A DNA stretch of 64,000 nucleotides from Nemertoderma westbladi (Eukaryota > Animalia > Xenacoelomorpha), in assembly GCA_032718475.1 (NCBI GenBank), contig JAUCBJ010000162.1, forward strand, positions 25,557-89,556, in the 5' to 3' direction. The position numbers and the translations under genes were made by a program. The notes below the pieces were generated by a model, which worked only from the letters and a program-made list of their open reading frames with translations, ran no database searches and was not told the DNA's origin. Of this stretch, positions 47,044-59,300 are shown one piece after another. The number at the start of each line of letters is the position of its first letter. The first letter of the stretch is position 1.

Positions 47044-49578
47044 ATGGCGAGTAAGCTGATCAGGAAGAGAAAGGCGGAGTCAGGAGGAAAAGAAATACTG
47101 GTGGATTTCACCGAAAGACACCCGGAGGAGAAGACGAGAGGATACTACGAGAAGTTGGAAAGGGGTCACGCGGCACGAGCGCTGCAGGACCACTTCCGGG
47201 AGATGCACGAGCAGCGGCTGGTCGGGACCTACGGAACACCGTCGCTGGACAACGCGATCTTCCAACACTTCCACTACGTGGTGAAAGGAGACGAGGCGAA
47301 GTTCGGGATTCCGAAGTATCCGAGGGAATCGCCGAGGAAGGACTGGAAAAGATTCATAGAGTCCGTCAACCGAGGAGGATATATGATCCTAGATGACGAG
47401 GGAACCGTGGAGGACGAAGCGGGTTCGAGACGAGGAACGGCAGGGTCGGCCAGGACCATACTCTTGCATTTGGCCGCGCCAAATGGGGACATCTTCTTAT
47501 TCGACCTAGGGACGTATGGGAAGAGGGATGGGCCGAAACTAGACCGATTACCGAAAGCGGTACAAGTCTTAGTAAGGGAGAAGTCGACGACGAAGGTGGG
47601 ATCGGCGATTCGCGAGGACGCGGAGAGGATCATCGGTCCGGACGCCACCAACCTCCTGGATATGCAGAAAGTCTTTATGGCTATGACGGCACCGGATGGA
47701 TTGGGGGTGGTCGAGAACACAGGCCAATGCGGGGCGGTGGCGATGGGCCAATTATTGGGGCTCGTATGCCACAAACCGATGGACTGGGGAAAGTTTAGGG
47801 AAGAATACGGAGCAGAACTGGCGAACTCGCTGAAGTGGGGAGCGAGACCGGGAAAGCAGGAGGTATATCAGTTTCGCAGAGGAGCGATAAAGGTATATCA
47901 GAAGCGATATATCCTGCAGGAGGACTGGATGATGATAAGTTTGCTTAACTTATTCATGACCGTAGTTATCGAAAGGGAACCAGGGGCATTTCTGTTATCG
48001 GGATCACCCCTAAGCTACAGGAGAGCCTTTAAGACGGCCTTTGACGGTCTGGTAGACCACCCGGGGCTGAAGGGCGAGTCGGTGTACTACAACAGCCGAC
48101 ATCTGGTAGACGGGGAGACGGATACACCGTATCAGAGATGGGAGCAGCTAGAGGCGGACAGACGAGAAGCAAAGCGACTGGAAGAAGTCGCTAGACGGGA
48201 GAGGATAGAAGCAGAGGAGAGGGAAGAGGAGGCCAGGGCACAGAGTTACGGCTTCGAGGAACAGGCGGGCCTAGACGAACTTCATTGGACTTCGTCAGGG
48301 AGTTCGGGGGAGTCTCTAGGGCGAGAATTGGGATGGACGGTGGGATCGCCGAAACAGTCGACGTCGGGGTTGCAAACGATGCCCATGCCAGCGGGCGCCG
48401 AGGGCGACCAACCGCCAAGGAAGCTAAGGGAGCTAGAGGGATGGAGAGCTACGGGCGAGAGCCAAGGCGGGAAGGGACATAGTGGATCCATCGGGATACC
48501 GGGGTTGGAAACACTACCAGAAGAGGAAGACGGCGACGACGAGTTCGGAGAGATACCGCCCATCGAGAGGATAGGCCACTCGGACACGGACTGGGTTGGC
48601 GGAAGGGTGGTGACAGCCAGTGGGGCGAGGGCCTTCTGGAACAGATCCGGCAAGCGGACCTGGGTGCACGAGGGGCCGGCGATGGATTTCGCGGGGAGCA
48701 CCATCAGGTTGGGCGAGCAACCGGGAACAGCACCACGGATAGTATTCGGGGAGACGATGCCCGAGAGGGGCGGAGAGATCGACGTAAACAGGGAGAGCAA
48801 TGTAGAGAAGTTCGCCTACCAGCGACTCCATAGACCGCGGAGATCGCTTGGGACGAAAGACGAGGTGGGACGGGAGACATTGGTACTCGGCTGCGACTAC
48901 TGTGGGAGACAGACCCATCAGGAAAGCAGCTGCCTATACCGGTTCCAACGGGGAACCTTTTGTCTCTACTGTAGAGAACCAAGTCACAGGATGGGGGCGT
49001 GTCCACGGTTGCATAACCGATGTCCAAAGTGCCACTTTCGGGGACACTACGGACGCGAGTGCGACTGGATGAGCGACGAGGAGAAGTTCACGAGGTTCGA
49101 GGAGTGGGCCGACGTCGGGGCCATGACGCGCCAGCGCATGAAGGCCCAAGAGTTCAAGTGGGGTTTCTTCCTCATAAACCAGGAGACCCACATGGAAATC
49201 ATAAAGCGAAGGTTACCGTTTACCTATCAAGAGGTAGCAACGGCGGCGTCGTTCGCCGGAGTTATGAACACGCAACGGTACCTGGACAGGTGGACACCAG
49301 AGAACCGGAGGGAGTTTAGGGATTTCTTGGCGGAACACGTACCAAAGGCAATGAAAATGATCCTATGGGACGCCACACGAGGGAGACAACCAGGCCATTC
49401 TGAGGGGCCACCGGCGAAGCGGTATCGGGCATTAATAACACCAGCGCCCAAGGAGCCGACGACCGGGATCAGCAAGGAAGTGGCGGCGAAGGTCCGGAAG
49501 CAGAAAGCGGATGATGCCAGAGGAGCGGTGATAACCAAGAAACGGGCCAGGGAAGAGGACGTGAGGAGGAACAGATAA
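47044..49578 (+). CDS. Retrotransposon extra ORF: putative DEDDy (WRN/RNase D-like) 3'-5' exonuclease plus 3 CCHC zinc knuckles
   Basis: Intact 844 aa. ILDDEG (ExoI-like), LLHLAA..IFLFDL, LPKAVQVLVREKSTTKVGSAIREDAERI (ExoII-like), YQKRYILQED (ExoIII-like). Knuckles CDYCGRQTHQESSC, CLYCREPSHRMGAC, CPKCHFRGHYGREC. The ORF is certain; the exonuclease call rests on motif recognition. Confidence 0.7.
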   Translation: MASKLIRKRKAESGGKEILVDFTERHPEEKTRGYYEKLERGHAARALQDHFREMHEQRLVGTYGTPSLDNAIFQHFHYVVKGDEAKFGIPKYPRESPRKDWKRFIESVNRGGYMILDDEGTVEDEAGSRRGTAGSARTILLHLAAPNGDIFLFDLGTYGKRDGPKLDRLPKAVQVLVREKSTTKVGSAIREDAERIIGPDATNLLDMQKVFMAMTAPDGLGVVENTGQCGAVAMGQLLGLVCHKPMDWGKFREEYGAELANSLKWGARPGKQEVYQFRRGAIKVYQKRYILQEDWMMISLLNLFMTVVIEREPGAFLLSGSPLSYRRAFKTAFDGLVDHPGLKGESVYYNSRHLVDGETDTPYQRWEQLEADRREAKRLEEVARRERIEAEEREEEARAQSYGFEEQAGLDELHWTSSGSSGESLGRELGWTVGSPKQSTSGLQTMPMPAGAEGDQPPRKLRELEGWRATGESQGGKGHSGSIGIPGLETLPEEEDGDDEFGEIPPIERIGHSDTDWVGGRVVTASGARAFWNRSGKRTWVHEGPAMDFAGSTIRLGEQPGTAPRIVFGETMPERGGEIDVNRESNVEKFAYQRLHRPRRSLGTKDEVGRETLVLGCDYCGRQTHQESSCLYRFQRGTFCLYCREPSHRMGACPRLHNRCPKCHFRGHYGRECDWMSDEEKFTRFEEWADVGAMTRQRMKAQEFKWGFFLINQETHMEIIKRRLPFTYQEVATAASFAGVMNTQRYLDRWTPENRREFRDFLAEHVPKAMKMILWDATRGRQPGHSEGPPAKRYRALITPAPKEPTTGISKEVAAKVRKQKADDARGAVITKKRAREEDVRRNR

Positions 49579-50285
49579 GTTCCCAGAGACGAGAGAGTGA
49601 GACTGAGACTGGAAAGTGGTGCGCCTGGAAGGCGCCGCATGGAACGTACGAACTATTAAATACAAATTTATTTAATTAATGCAAATAACCATATAAGTGC
49701 AATTCGTATGTACGTACGTAGTAATTAGCAGTAAATACACGATCGGAGTAAGTACTATAGTCATACAACCTTTCTCAATTAGCTACTGGGACTGGGGGAC
49801 AACTGACTATGGCACTATGGACGAGACAACTGACAATTTCACGCTTCTTGAGTGCGACGGCACGAGAGGGGGGGGAGGTTCGTCAGAAGAGATAAAATAG
49901 TCAAAGTGGAGTTGAGGACCGGAGTAAGAGTGCGAAGTGCGGAGAGAGTGCCGATGCAATTCTAGTGTGGGGGGGGGGGAGAATAAGAGGCTGAGTAAGG
50001 GACGAGGAGGTCCGAACGTGAGAGAGTTAGGGTGAGAGTGAAGGTGAGATAGGGCGAAAATGTTGGGGAAACAAAAGTTGCGTGGGAGGTGAGCGCGATC
50101 GGCCCGACATGAGACGCCAGGCACACAGGGTAGCGTTATCATACCCATAGGGGGCGGCCTGGAAAGCCGACCCCGAGAGAAAAGAATTCCACCCCACACC
50201 CGATACTAGATCGGGATCCAGCGGGATTGTAACGCACTTTTTGGTTGATGCTATCTTCTTACCGGGAAGATAGCATGGGGGGGAG

Positions 50286-50826
50286 TGTTAGCTTATTCAA
50301 TCCCGCCAACACCCCATAAAGTTATAAGCCGATAAGCAATATTGGGAGCCACGAGATTGGGCAATTAACCAACTCGTGCCATCCCAATAAGAGTGGGAAG
50401 GAAGCACACAATAGAGGGTCAGGGGCCAAACCCCTAACCCAGGGAGAACAGGTGGAGTGAACGGGAATACTCCACGGGGCGCCAACAAGGGTATTAACCA
50501 ATCAGAGGGGGGGAATGGCATCGATTGAGTAGCAGTAAGGCCACCGTGCAATATAACCAATAACCTATTAATCAGTGATTCAGTTATCTCAGTGCAGCAG
50601 TGCTAGCGTAGGGTACAGTCAATTAGTTTAGTTAGGGGATCACGGGACTTTAGTTACCGTATCCCGCCTTGTACACATTATATCTATATCTATATCCTAT
50701 GCCCTATTATTATTATACACCGAACTTCAGAACTCAGTTACTTTATTTCACCCTTATACACGGCGGGGACGCGTGGACTAAATTACCACATCGGATAAAT
50801 CGGGATCCCTCCTGGATCCCGTCACA
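50286..50826 (+). repeat. 3' LTR (541 bp)
   Basis: Direct repeat of 36619-37159, preceded by the PPT and followed by the TSD GTTCC. Confidence 0.97.
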
Positions 50827-53312
50827 GTTCCTGGCAACCCTTCTATCGGAGTGTTTGTTTATTGTTTAGATTACTAGTTCCTGGCAACCCTTCTATCGGA
50901 GTGTTTGTTTATTGTTTAGATTACTAGTTCCTGGCAACCCTTCTATCGGAGTGTTTGTTTACTGTATAGATTACTAGTTCGTTGCAACCCAACTATTAGA
51001 GTGTTTGTTTACTGTTTAGATTACTAGTTCCTGGCAACCCTTCTATCGGAGTGTTTGTTTATTGTTTAGATTACTAGTTCCTGGCAACCCTTCTATCGGA
51101 GTGTTTGTTTACTGTATAGATTACTAGTTCTTGGCAACCCAACTATTAGAGTGTTTGTTTATTGTTTAGATTACTAGTTCGTTGCAACCCAACTATTAGA
51201 GTGTTTGTTTATTGTTTAGATTACTAGTTCCTGGCAACCCTTCTATCGGAGTGTTTGTTTACTGTTTAGATTACTAGTTCCTGGCAACCCTTCTATCGGA
51301 GTGTTTGTTTATTGTTTAGATTACTAGTTCCTGGCAACCCTTCTATCGGAGTGTTTGTTTACTGTATAGATTACTAGTTCGTTGCAACCCAACTATTAGA
51401 GTGTTTGTTTATTGTTTAGATTACTAGTTCCTGGCAACCCTTCTATCGGAGTGTTTGTTTACTGTTTAGATTACTAGTTCCTGGCAACCCTTCTATCGGA
51501 GTGTTTGTTTATTGTTTAGATTACTAGTTCCTGGCAACCCTTCTATCGGAGTGTTTGTTTACTGTATAGATTACTAGTTCTTGGCAACCCAACTATTAGA
51601 GTGTTTGTTTACTGTTTAGATTACTAGTTCCTGGCAACCCAACTATTACAGTGTTTGTTTATTGTTTAGATTACTAGTTCTTGGCAACCCAACTATTAGA
51701 GTGTTTGTTTACTGTTTAGATTACTAGTTCCTGGCAACCCAACTATTACAGTGTTTGTTTATTGTTTAGATTACTAGTTCCTGGCAACCCAACTATTAGA
51801 GTGTTTGTTTTCTGTATAGATTACTAGTTCTTGGCAACCCAACTATTAGAGTGTTTGTTTTCTGTATAGATTACTAGTTCCTGGCAACCCAACTATTAGA
51901 GTGTTTGTTTACTGTTTAGATTACTAGTTCCTGGCAACCCTTCTATCGGAGTGTTTGTTTATTGTTTAGATTACTAGTTCCTGGCAACCCTTCTATCGGA
52001 GTGTTTGTTTACTGTATAGATTACTAGTTCGTTGCAACCCAACTATTAGAGTGTTTGTTTATTGTTTAGATTACTAGTTCCTGGCAACCCTTCTATCGGA
52101 GTGTTTGTTTACTGTTTAGATTACTAGTTCCTGGCAACCCTTCTATCGGAGTGTTTGTTTATTGTTTAGATTACTAGTTCCTGGCAACCCTTCTATCGGA
52201 GTGTTTGTTTACTGTATAGATTACTAGTTCTTGGCAACCCAACTATTAGAGTGTTTGTTTACTGTTTAGATTACTAGTTCCTGGCAACCCAACTATTACA
52301 GTGTTTGTTTATTGTTTAGATTACTAGTTCTTGGCAACCCAACTATTAGAGTGTTTGTTTATTGTTTAGATTACTAGTTCCTGGCAACCCAACTATTATA
52401 GTGTTTGTTTACTGTTTAGATTACTAGTTCGTTGCAACCCAACTATTAGAGTGTTTTTTTATTGTTTAGATTACTAGTTCTTGGCAACCCAACTATTAGA
52501 GTGTTTGTTTTCTGTTTAGATTACTAGTTCTTGGCAACCCAACTATTAGAGTGTTTGTTTTCTGTTTAGATTACTAGTTCCTGGCAACCCAACTAATAGA
52601 GTGTTTGTTTATTGTTTAGATTACTAGTTCCTGGCAACCCTTCTATCGGAGTGTTTGTTTACTGTTTAGATTACTGGTTCCTGGCAACCCTTCTATCGGA
52701 GTGTTTGTTTATTGTTTAGATTACTAGTTCCTGGCAACCCTTCTATCGGAGTGTTTGTTTACTGTATAGATTACTAGTTCTTGGCAACCCAACTATTAGA
52801 GTGTTTGTTTATTGTTTAGATTACTAGTTCCTGGCAACCCAACTAATAGAGTGTTTGTTTATTGTTTAGATTACTAGTTCCTGGCAACCCTTCTATCGGA
52901 GTGTTTGTTTACTGTTTAGATTACTGGTTCCTGGCAACCCTTCTATCGGAGTGTTTGTTTATTGTTTAGATTACTAGTTCCTGGCAACCCTTCTATCGGA
53001 GTGTTTGTTTACTGTATAGATTACTAGTTCTTGGCAACCCAACTATTAGAGTGTTTGTTTATTGTTTAGATTACTAGTTCCTGGCAACCCTTCTATCGGA
53101 GTGTTTGTTTATTGTTTAGATTACTAGTTCCTGGCAACCCAACTATTAGAGTGTTTGTTTATTGTATAGATTACTAGTTCCTGGCAACCAAACTATTAGA
53201 GTGTTTGTTTACTCTTTAGATTACTAGTTCCTGGCAACCCAACTATTAGAGTGTTTGTTTATTGTTTAGATTACTAGTTCCTGGCAACCCTTCTATCGGA
53301 GTGTTTGTTTAC
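50827..53312 (+). repeat. 50-bp acceptor-junction array, right arm (about 50 copies), ending in the real exon
   Basis: Same unit as 30312-36618. The last copy runs into unique coding sequence at about 53313. Confidence 0.97.
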
Positions 53313-53399
53313 CGCTCACGGTATTACTCATTCAGTTCAAAGGAAGCAGCTGGGGAATTTTGTAAAGACCCTGAAGGATTTATTGCGATGATAGGAGAG
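53270..53399 (+). CDS. CFAP206: CFAP206 internal exon G (hidden between two arrays)
   Basis: tgtttag|A TTA CTA GTT CCT GGC AAC CCT TCT ATC GGA...GGA GAG|gttag. Encodes LLVPGNPSIGVFVYRSRYYSFSSKEAAGEFCKDPEGFIAMIGE (cf. LLLPGNPAIGILKYKEKYYTFNSKDAAYSFAENPE). Phase 2 matches exon F. Confidence 0.92.
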
Positions 53400-56300
53400 G
53401 TTAGTTATGTTATGTGAGGTTAGTTATGTTAGGAGAGGTTAGTTATGTTAGGAGAGGTTAGTTATGTTATGTGAGGTTAGTTATGTTAGGAGAGGTCAGT
53501 TCTGATACATAGGAGAGGTTAGTTATGTTAGGTGAGGTTAGTTCTGATACATAGGAGAGGTTAGTTATGTAAGGTGAGGTTAGTTCTGATACATAGGAGA
53601 GGTTAGTTATGTTAGGTGTGGTTAGTTCTGATACATAGGAGAGGTTAGTTATGTTAGGTGAGGTTAGTTCTGATACATAGGAGAGGTTAGTTATGTTAGG
53701 TGTGGTTAGTTCTGATACGTAGGAGAGGTTAGTTATGTAAGGTGAGGTTAGTTCTGATACATAGGAGAGGTTAGTTATGTTAGGTGAGGTTAGTTCTGAT
53801 ACATAGGAGAGGTTATTTATGTTAGGTGAGGTTAGTTCTGATACATAGGAGAGGTTAGTTATGTTAGGTGAGGTTAGTTCTGATACATAGGAGAGGTTAG
53901 TTATGTTAGGTGAGGTTAGTTCTGATACATAGGAGAGGTTAGTTATGTAAGGTGAGGTTAGTTCTGATACATAGGAGAGGTTAGTTATGTTAGGTGTGGT
54001 TAGTTCTGATACATAGGAGAGGTTAGTTATGTTAGGTGAGGTTAGTTCTGATACATAGGAGAGGTTAGTTATGTTAGGTGTGGTTAGTTCGGATACATAG
54101 GAGAGGTTAGTTATGTTAGGTGAGGTTAGTTCTGATACATAAGAGAGGTTAGTTATGTTAGGTGTGGTTAGTTCTGATACATAGGAGAGGTTAGTTATGT
54201 TAGGTGAGGTTAGTTCTGATATATAGGAGAGGTTAGTTATGTTAGGTGAGGTTGGTTCTGATACGTAGGAGAGGTTAGTTATGTTAGGAGAATTTAGTTA
54301 TGTAAGGTGAGGTTAGTTCTGATACATAGGAGAGGTTAGTTATGTTAGGTGAGGTCAGTTCTGATACATAGGAGAGGTTAGTTATGTTAGGTGAGGTTAG
54401 TTCTGATACATAGGAGAGGTTAGTTATGTTAGGTGAGGTTAGTTCTGATACATAGGAGAGGTTAGTTATGTTAGGTGAGGTTAGTTCTGATACATATGAG
54501 AGGTTAGTTATGTTAGGTGAGGTTAGTTCTGATACATAGGAGAGGTTAGTTATGTTAGGTGAGGTTAGTTCTGATACATAGGAGAGGTTAGTTATGTTAG
54601 GTGGGGTTAGTTCTGATACATAGGAGAGGTTAGTTATGTTAGGTGAGGTTAGTTCTGATACATAGGAGAGGTTAGTTATGTTAGGTGAAGTTAGTTCTGA
54701 TACATATGAGAGGTTAGTTATGTTAGGTGAGGTTAGTTCTGATACATAGGATAGGTTAGTTATGTTAGGTGAGGTTAGTTCTGATACATAGGAGAGGTTA
54801 GTTATGTTAGGTGAGGTTAGTTCTGATACATATGAGAGGTTAGTTATGTTAGGTGAGGTTAGTTCTGATACATAGGAGAGGTTAGTTATGTTAGGTGAGG
54901 TTAGTTCTGATACATATGAGAGGTTAGTTATGTTAGGTGAGGTTAGTTATGTTAGGTGAGGTTAGTTCTGATACATAGGAGAGGTTAGTTATGTTAGGTG
55001 AGGTTAGTTCTGATACATAGGAGAGGTTAGTTATGTTAGGTGAGGTTAGTTCTGATACATAGGAGAGGTTAGTTATGTTAGGTGAGGTTAGTTCTGATAC
55101 ATAGGAGAGATTAGTTATGTTAGGTGAGGTTAGTTCTGATACATAGGAGAGGTTAGTTATGTTAGGTGAGGTTAGTTCTGATACATAGGAGAGGTTAGTT
55201 ATGTTAAGTGAGGTTAGTTCTGATACATATGAGAGGTTAGTTATGTTAGGTGAGGTTAGTTCTGATACATAGGAGAGGTTAGTTATGTTAGGTGAGGTGA
55301 GGTTAGTTCTGATACATAGGAGAGGTTAGTTATGTTAGGTGAGGTTAGTTCTGATACATAGGAGAGGTTAGTTATGTTAGGTGAGGTTAGTTCTGATACA
55401 TAGGAGAGGTTAGTTATGTTAGGTGAGGTTAGTTCTGATACATAGGAGAGGTTAGTTATGTTAGGTGAGGTTAGTTATGTAAGGTGAGGTTAGTTCTGAT
55501 ACATAGGAGAGGTTAGTTATGTTAGGTGGGGTTAGTTCTGATACATAGGAGAGGTTAGTTATGTTAGGTGAGGTTAGTTCTGATACATATGAGAGGTTAG
55601 TTATGTTAGGTGAGTTTAGTTATGTAAGGTGAGGTTAGTTCTGATACATAGGAAAGGTTAGTTATGTTAGGTGAGGTCAGTTCTGATACATAGGAGAGGT
55701 TAGTTATGTTAGGTGAGGTCAGTTCTGATACATAGGAGAGGTTAGTTATGTTAGGTGAGGTTAGTTCTGATACATAGGAGAGGTTAGTTATGTTAGGTGT
55801 GGTTAGTTCTGATACATAGGAGAGGTTAGTTATGTTAGGTGAGGTCAGTTCTGATACATAGGAGAGGTTAGTTATGTTAGGTGAGGTTAGTTCTGATACA
55901 TAGGAGAGGTTAGTTATGTTAGGTGAGGTTAGTTCTGATACATAGGAGAGGTTAGTTATGTTAGGTGAGTTTAGTTATGTAAGGTGAGGTTAGTTCTGAT
56001 ACATAGGAAAGGTTAGTTATGTTAGGTGAGGTCAGTTCTGATACATAGGAGAGGTTAGTTATGTTAGGTGAGGTTAGTTCTGATACATAGGAGAGGTTAG
56101 TTATGTTAGGTGAGTTTAGTTATGTAAGGTGAGGTTAGTTCTGATACATAGGAAAGGTTAGTTATGTTAGGTGAGGTCAGTTCTGATACATAGGAGAGGT
56201 TAGTTATGTTAGGTGAGGTTAGTTCTGATATATAGGAGAGGTTAGTTATGTTAGGTGAGGTTAGTTATGTAAGGTGAGGTTAGTTCTGATACATAGGAGA

Positions 56301-59300
56301 GGTTAGTTATGTTAGGTGAGTTTAGTTATGTAAGGTGAGGTTAGTTCTGATACATAGGAGAGGTTAGTTATGTTAGGTGAGGTTAGTTCTGATACATAGG
56401 AGAGGTTAGTTATGTTAGGTGAGGTTAGTTCTGATACATAGGAGAGGTTAGTTATGTTAGGTGAGGTTAGTTATGTAAGGTGAGGTTAGTTCTGATACAT
56501 AGGAGAGGTTAGTTATGTTAGGTGAGTTTAGTTATGTAAGGTGAGGTTAGTTCTGATACATAGGAAAGGTTAGTTATGTTAGGTGAGGTTAGTTCTGATA
56601 CATATGAGAGGTTAGTTATGTTAGGTGAGTTTAGTTATGTAAGGTGAGGTTAGTTCTGATACATAGGAGAGGTTAGTTATGTTAGGTGAGGTTAGTTCTG
56701 ATACATAGGAGAGGTTAGTTATGTTAGGTGAGGTTAGTTCTGATACATAGGAGAGGTTAGTTATGTTAGGTGAGTTAGTTCTAATACATAGGAGAGATTA
56801 GTTATGTTAGGTGAGGTTAGTTCTGATACATAGGAGAGGTTAGTTATGTTAGGTGAGGTTAGTTCTGATACATAGGAGAGGTTAGTTATGTTAGGTGAGG
56901 TTAGTTCTGATACATAGGAGAGGTTAGTTATGTTAGGTGAGGTTAGTTATGTAGGTGAGGTTAGTTCTGATACATAGGAGAGGTTAGTTATGTTAGGTGA
57001 GTTTAGTTATGTAAGGTGAGGTTAGTTCTGATACATAGGAAAGGTTAGTTATGTTAGGTGAGGTTAGTTCTGATACATATGAGAGGTTAGTTATGTTAGG
57101 TGAGTTTAGTTATGTAAGGTGAGGTTAGTTCTGATACATAGGAGAGGTTAGTTATGTTAGGTGAGGTTAGTTCTGATACATAGGAGAGGTTAGTTATGTT
57201 AGGTGAGGTTAGTTCTGATACATAGGAGAGGTTAGTTATGTTAGGTGAGGTTAGTTCTAATACATAGGAGAGGTTAGTTATGTTAGGTGAGGTTAGTTCT
57301 GATACATAGGAGAGGTTAGTTATGTTAGGTGAGGTTAGTTCTGATACATAGGAGAGGTTAGTTATGTTAGGTGAGTTAGTTCTAATACATAGGAGAGGTT
57401 AGTTATGTTAGGTGAGGTTAGTTCTGATACATAGGAGAGGTTAGTTATGTTAGGTGAGGTTAGTTATGTAAGGTGAGGTTAGTTCTGATACATAGGAGAG
57501 GTTAGTTATGTTAGGTGAGGTTAGTTCTGATACATAGGAGAGGTTAGTTATGTTAGGTGGGGTTAGTTCTGATACATAGGAGAGGTTAGTTATGTTAGGT
57601 GGGGTTAGTTCTGATACATAGGAGAGGTTAGTTATGTTAGGTGAGGTTAGTTCTGATACATATGAGAGGTTAGTTATGTTAGGTGAGTTTAGTTATGTAA
57701 GGTGAGGTTAGTTCTGATACATAGGAAAGGTTAGTTATGTTAGGTGAGGTCAGTTCTGATACATAGGAGAGGTTAGTTATGTTAGGTGAGGTTAGTTCTG
57801 ATACATAGGAGAGGTTAGTTATGTTAGGTGAGGTTAGTTCTGATACATAGGAGAGGTTAGTTATGTTAGGTGTGGTTAGTTCTGATACATAGGAGAGGTT
57901 AGTTATGTTAGGTGAGGTCAGTTCTGATACATAGGAGAGGTTAGTTATGTTAGGTGAGGTTAGTTCTGATACATAGGAGAGGTTAGTTATGTTAGGTGAG
58001 GTTAGTTCTGATACATAGGAGAGGTTAGTTATGTTAGGTGAGGTTAGTTCTGATACATAGGAGAGGTTAGTTATGTAAGGTGAGGTTAGTTCTGATACAT
58101 AGGAGAGGTTAGTTATGTTAGGTGAGGTTAGTTCTGATACATAGGAGAGGTTAGTTATGTTAGGTGAGGTCAGTTCTGATACATAGGAGAGGTTAGTTAT
58201 GTTAGGTGAGGTTAGTTCTGATACATAGGAGAGGTTAGTTATGTTAGGTGAGGTTAGTTCTGATACATAGGAGAGGTTAGTTATGTTAGGTGAGGTTAGT
58301 TCTGATACATAGGAGAGGTTAGTTATGTTAGGTGAGGTTAGTTCTGATACATAGGAGAGGTTAGTTATGTTAGGTGAGGTTAGTTCTGATACATAGGAGA
58401 GGTTAGTTATGTTAGGTGAGGTTAGTTCTGATACATAGGAGAGGTTAGTTATGTTAGGTGAGGTTAGTTCTGATACATAGGAGAGGTTAGTTATGTTAGG
58501 TGAGGTTAGTTCTGATACATAGGAGAGGTTAGTTATGTTAGGTGAGGTTAGTTCTGATACATAGGAGAGGTTAGTTATGTTAGGTGAGGTTAGTTCTAAT
58601 ACATAGGAGAGGTTAGTTATGTAAGGTGAGGTTAGTTCTGATACATAGGAGAGGTTAGTTATGTTAGGTGAGGTTAGTTCTGATACATAGGAGAGGTTAG
58701 TTATGTTAGGTGAGGTTAGTTCTGATACATAGGAGAGGTTAGTTATGTTAGGTGAAGTTAGTTCTAATACATAGGAGAGGTTAGTTATGTAAGGTGAGGT
58801 TAGTTCTCATACATAGGAGAGGTTAGTTATGTTAGGTGAGGTGAGGTTAGTTCTGATACATAGGAGAGGTTAGTTATGTTAGGTGTGGTTAGTTCTGATA
58901 CATAGGAGAGGTTAGTTATGTTAGGTGAGGTTAGTTCTGATACATAGGAGAGGTTAGTTATGTTAGGTGAGGTTAGTTCTGATATATAGGAGAGGTTAGT
59001 TATGTTAGGTGAGGTTAGTTCTGATACATAGGAGAGGTTAGTTATGTTAGGTGAGGTTAGTTCTGATACATAGGAGAGGTTAGTTATGTTAGGTGAAGTT
59101 AGTTCTAATACATAGGAGAGGTTAGTTATGTAAGGTGAGGTTAGTTCTGATACATAGGAGAGGTTAGTTATGTTAGGTGTGGTTAGTTCTGATACTTAGG
59201 AGAGGTTAGTTATGTTAGGTGAGGTTAGTTCTGATACATAGGAGAGGTTAGTTATGTTAGGTGAAGTTAGTTCTAATACATAGGAGAGGTTAGTTATGTA

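Larger units (their letters stand above)
36619..50826 (+). mobile_element. Full-length BEL/Pao LTR retrotransposon (14,208 bp) with an extra ORF
   Basis: TG...CA LTRs, 5-bp TSD GTTCC (36614-36618 and 50827-50831), PPT gggggggag at 50277-50285, domain order gag-PR-RT-RH-IN with BEL/Pao-type motifs. Confidence 0.96.

Noticed and set aside
47044-49578. env gene interpretation of ORF3
   Set aside because: No signal peptide, no convincing C-terminal TM anchor or fusion-protein Cys pattern; the motifs point to a nuclease and knuckles.
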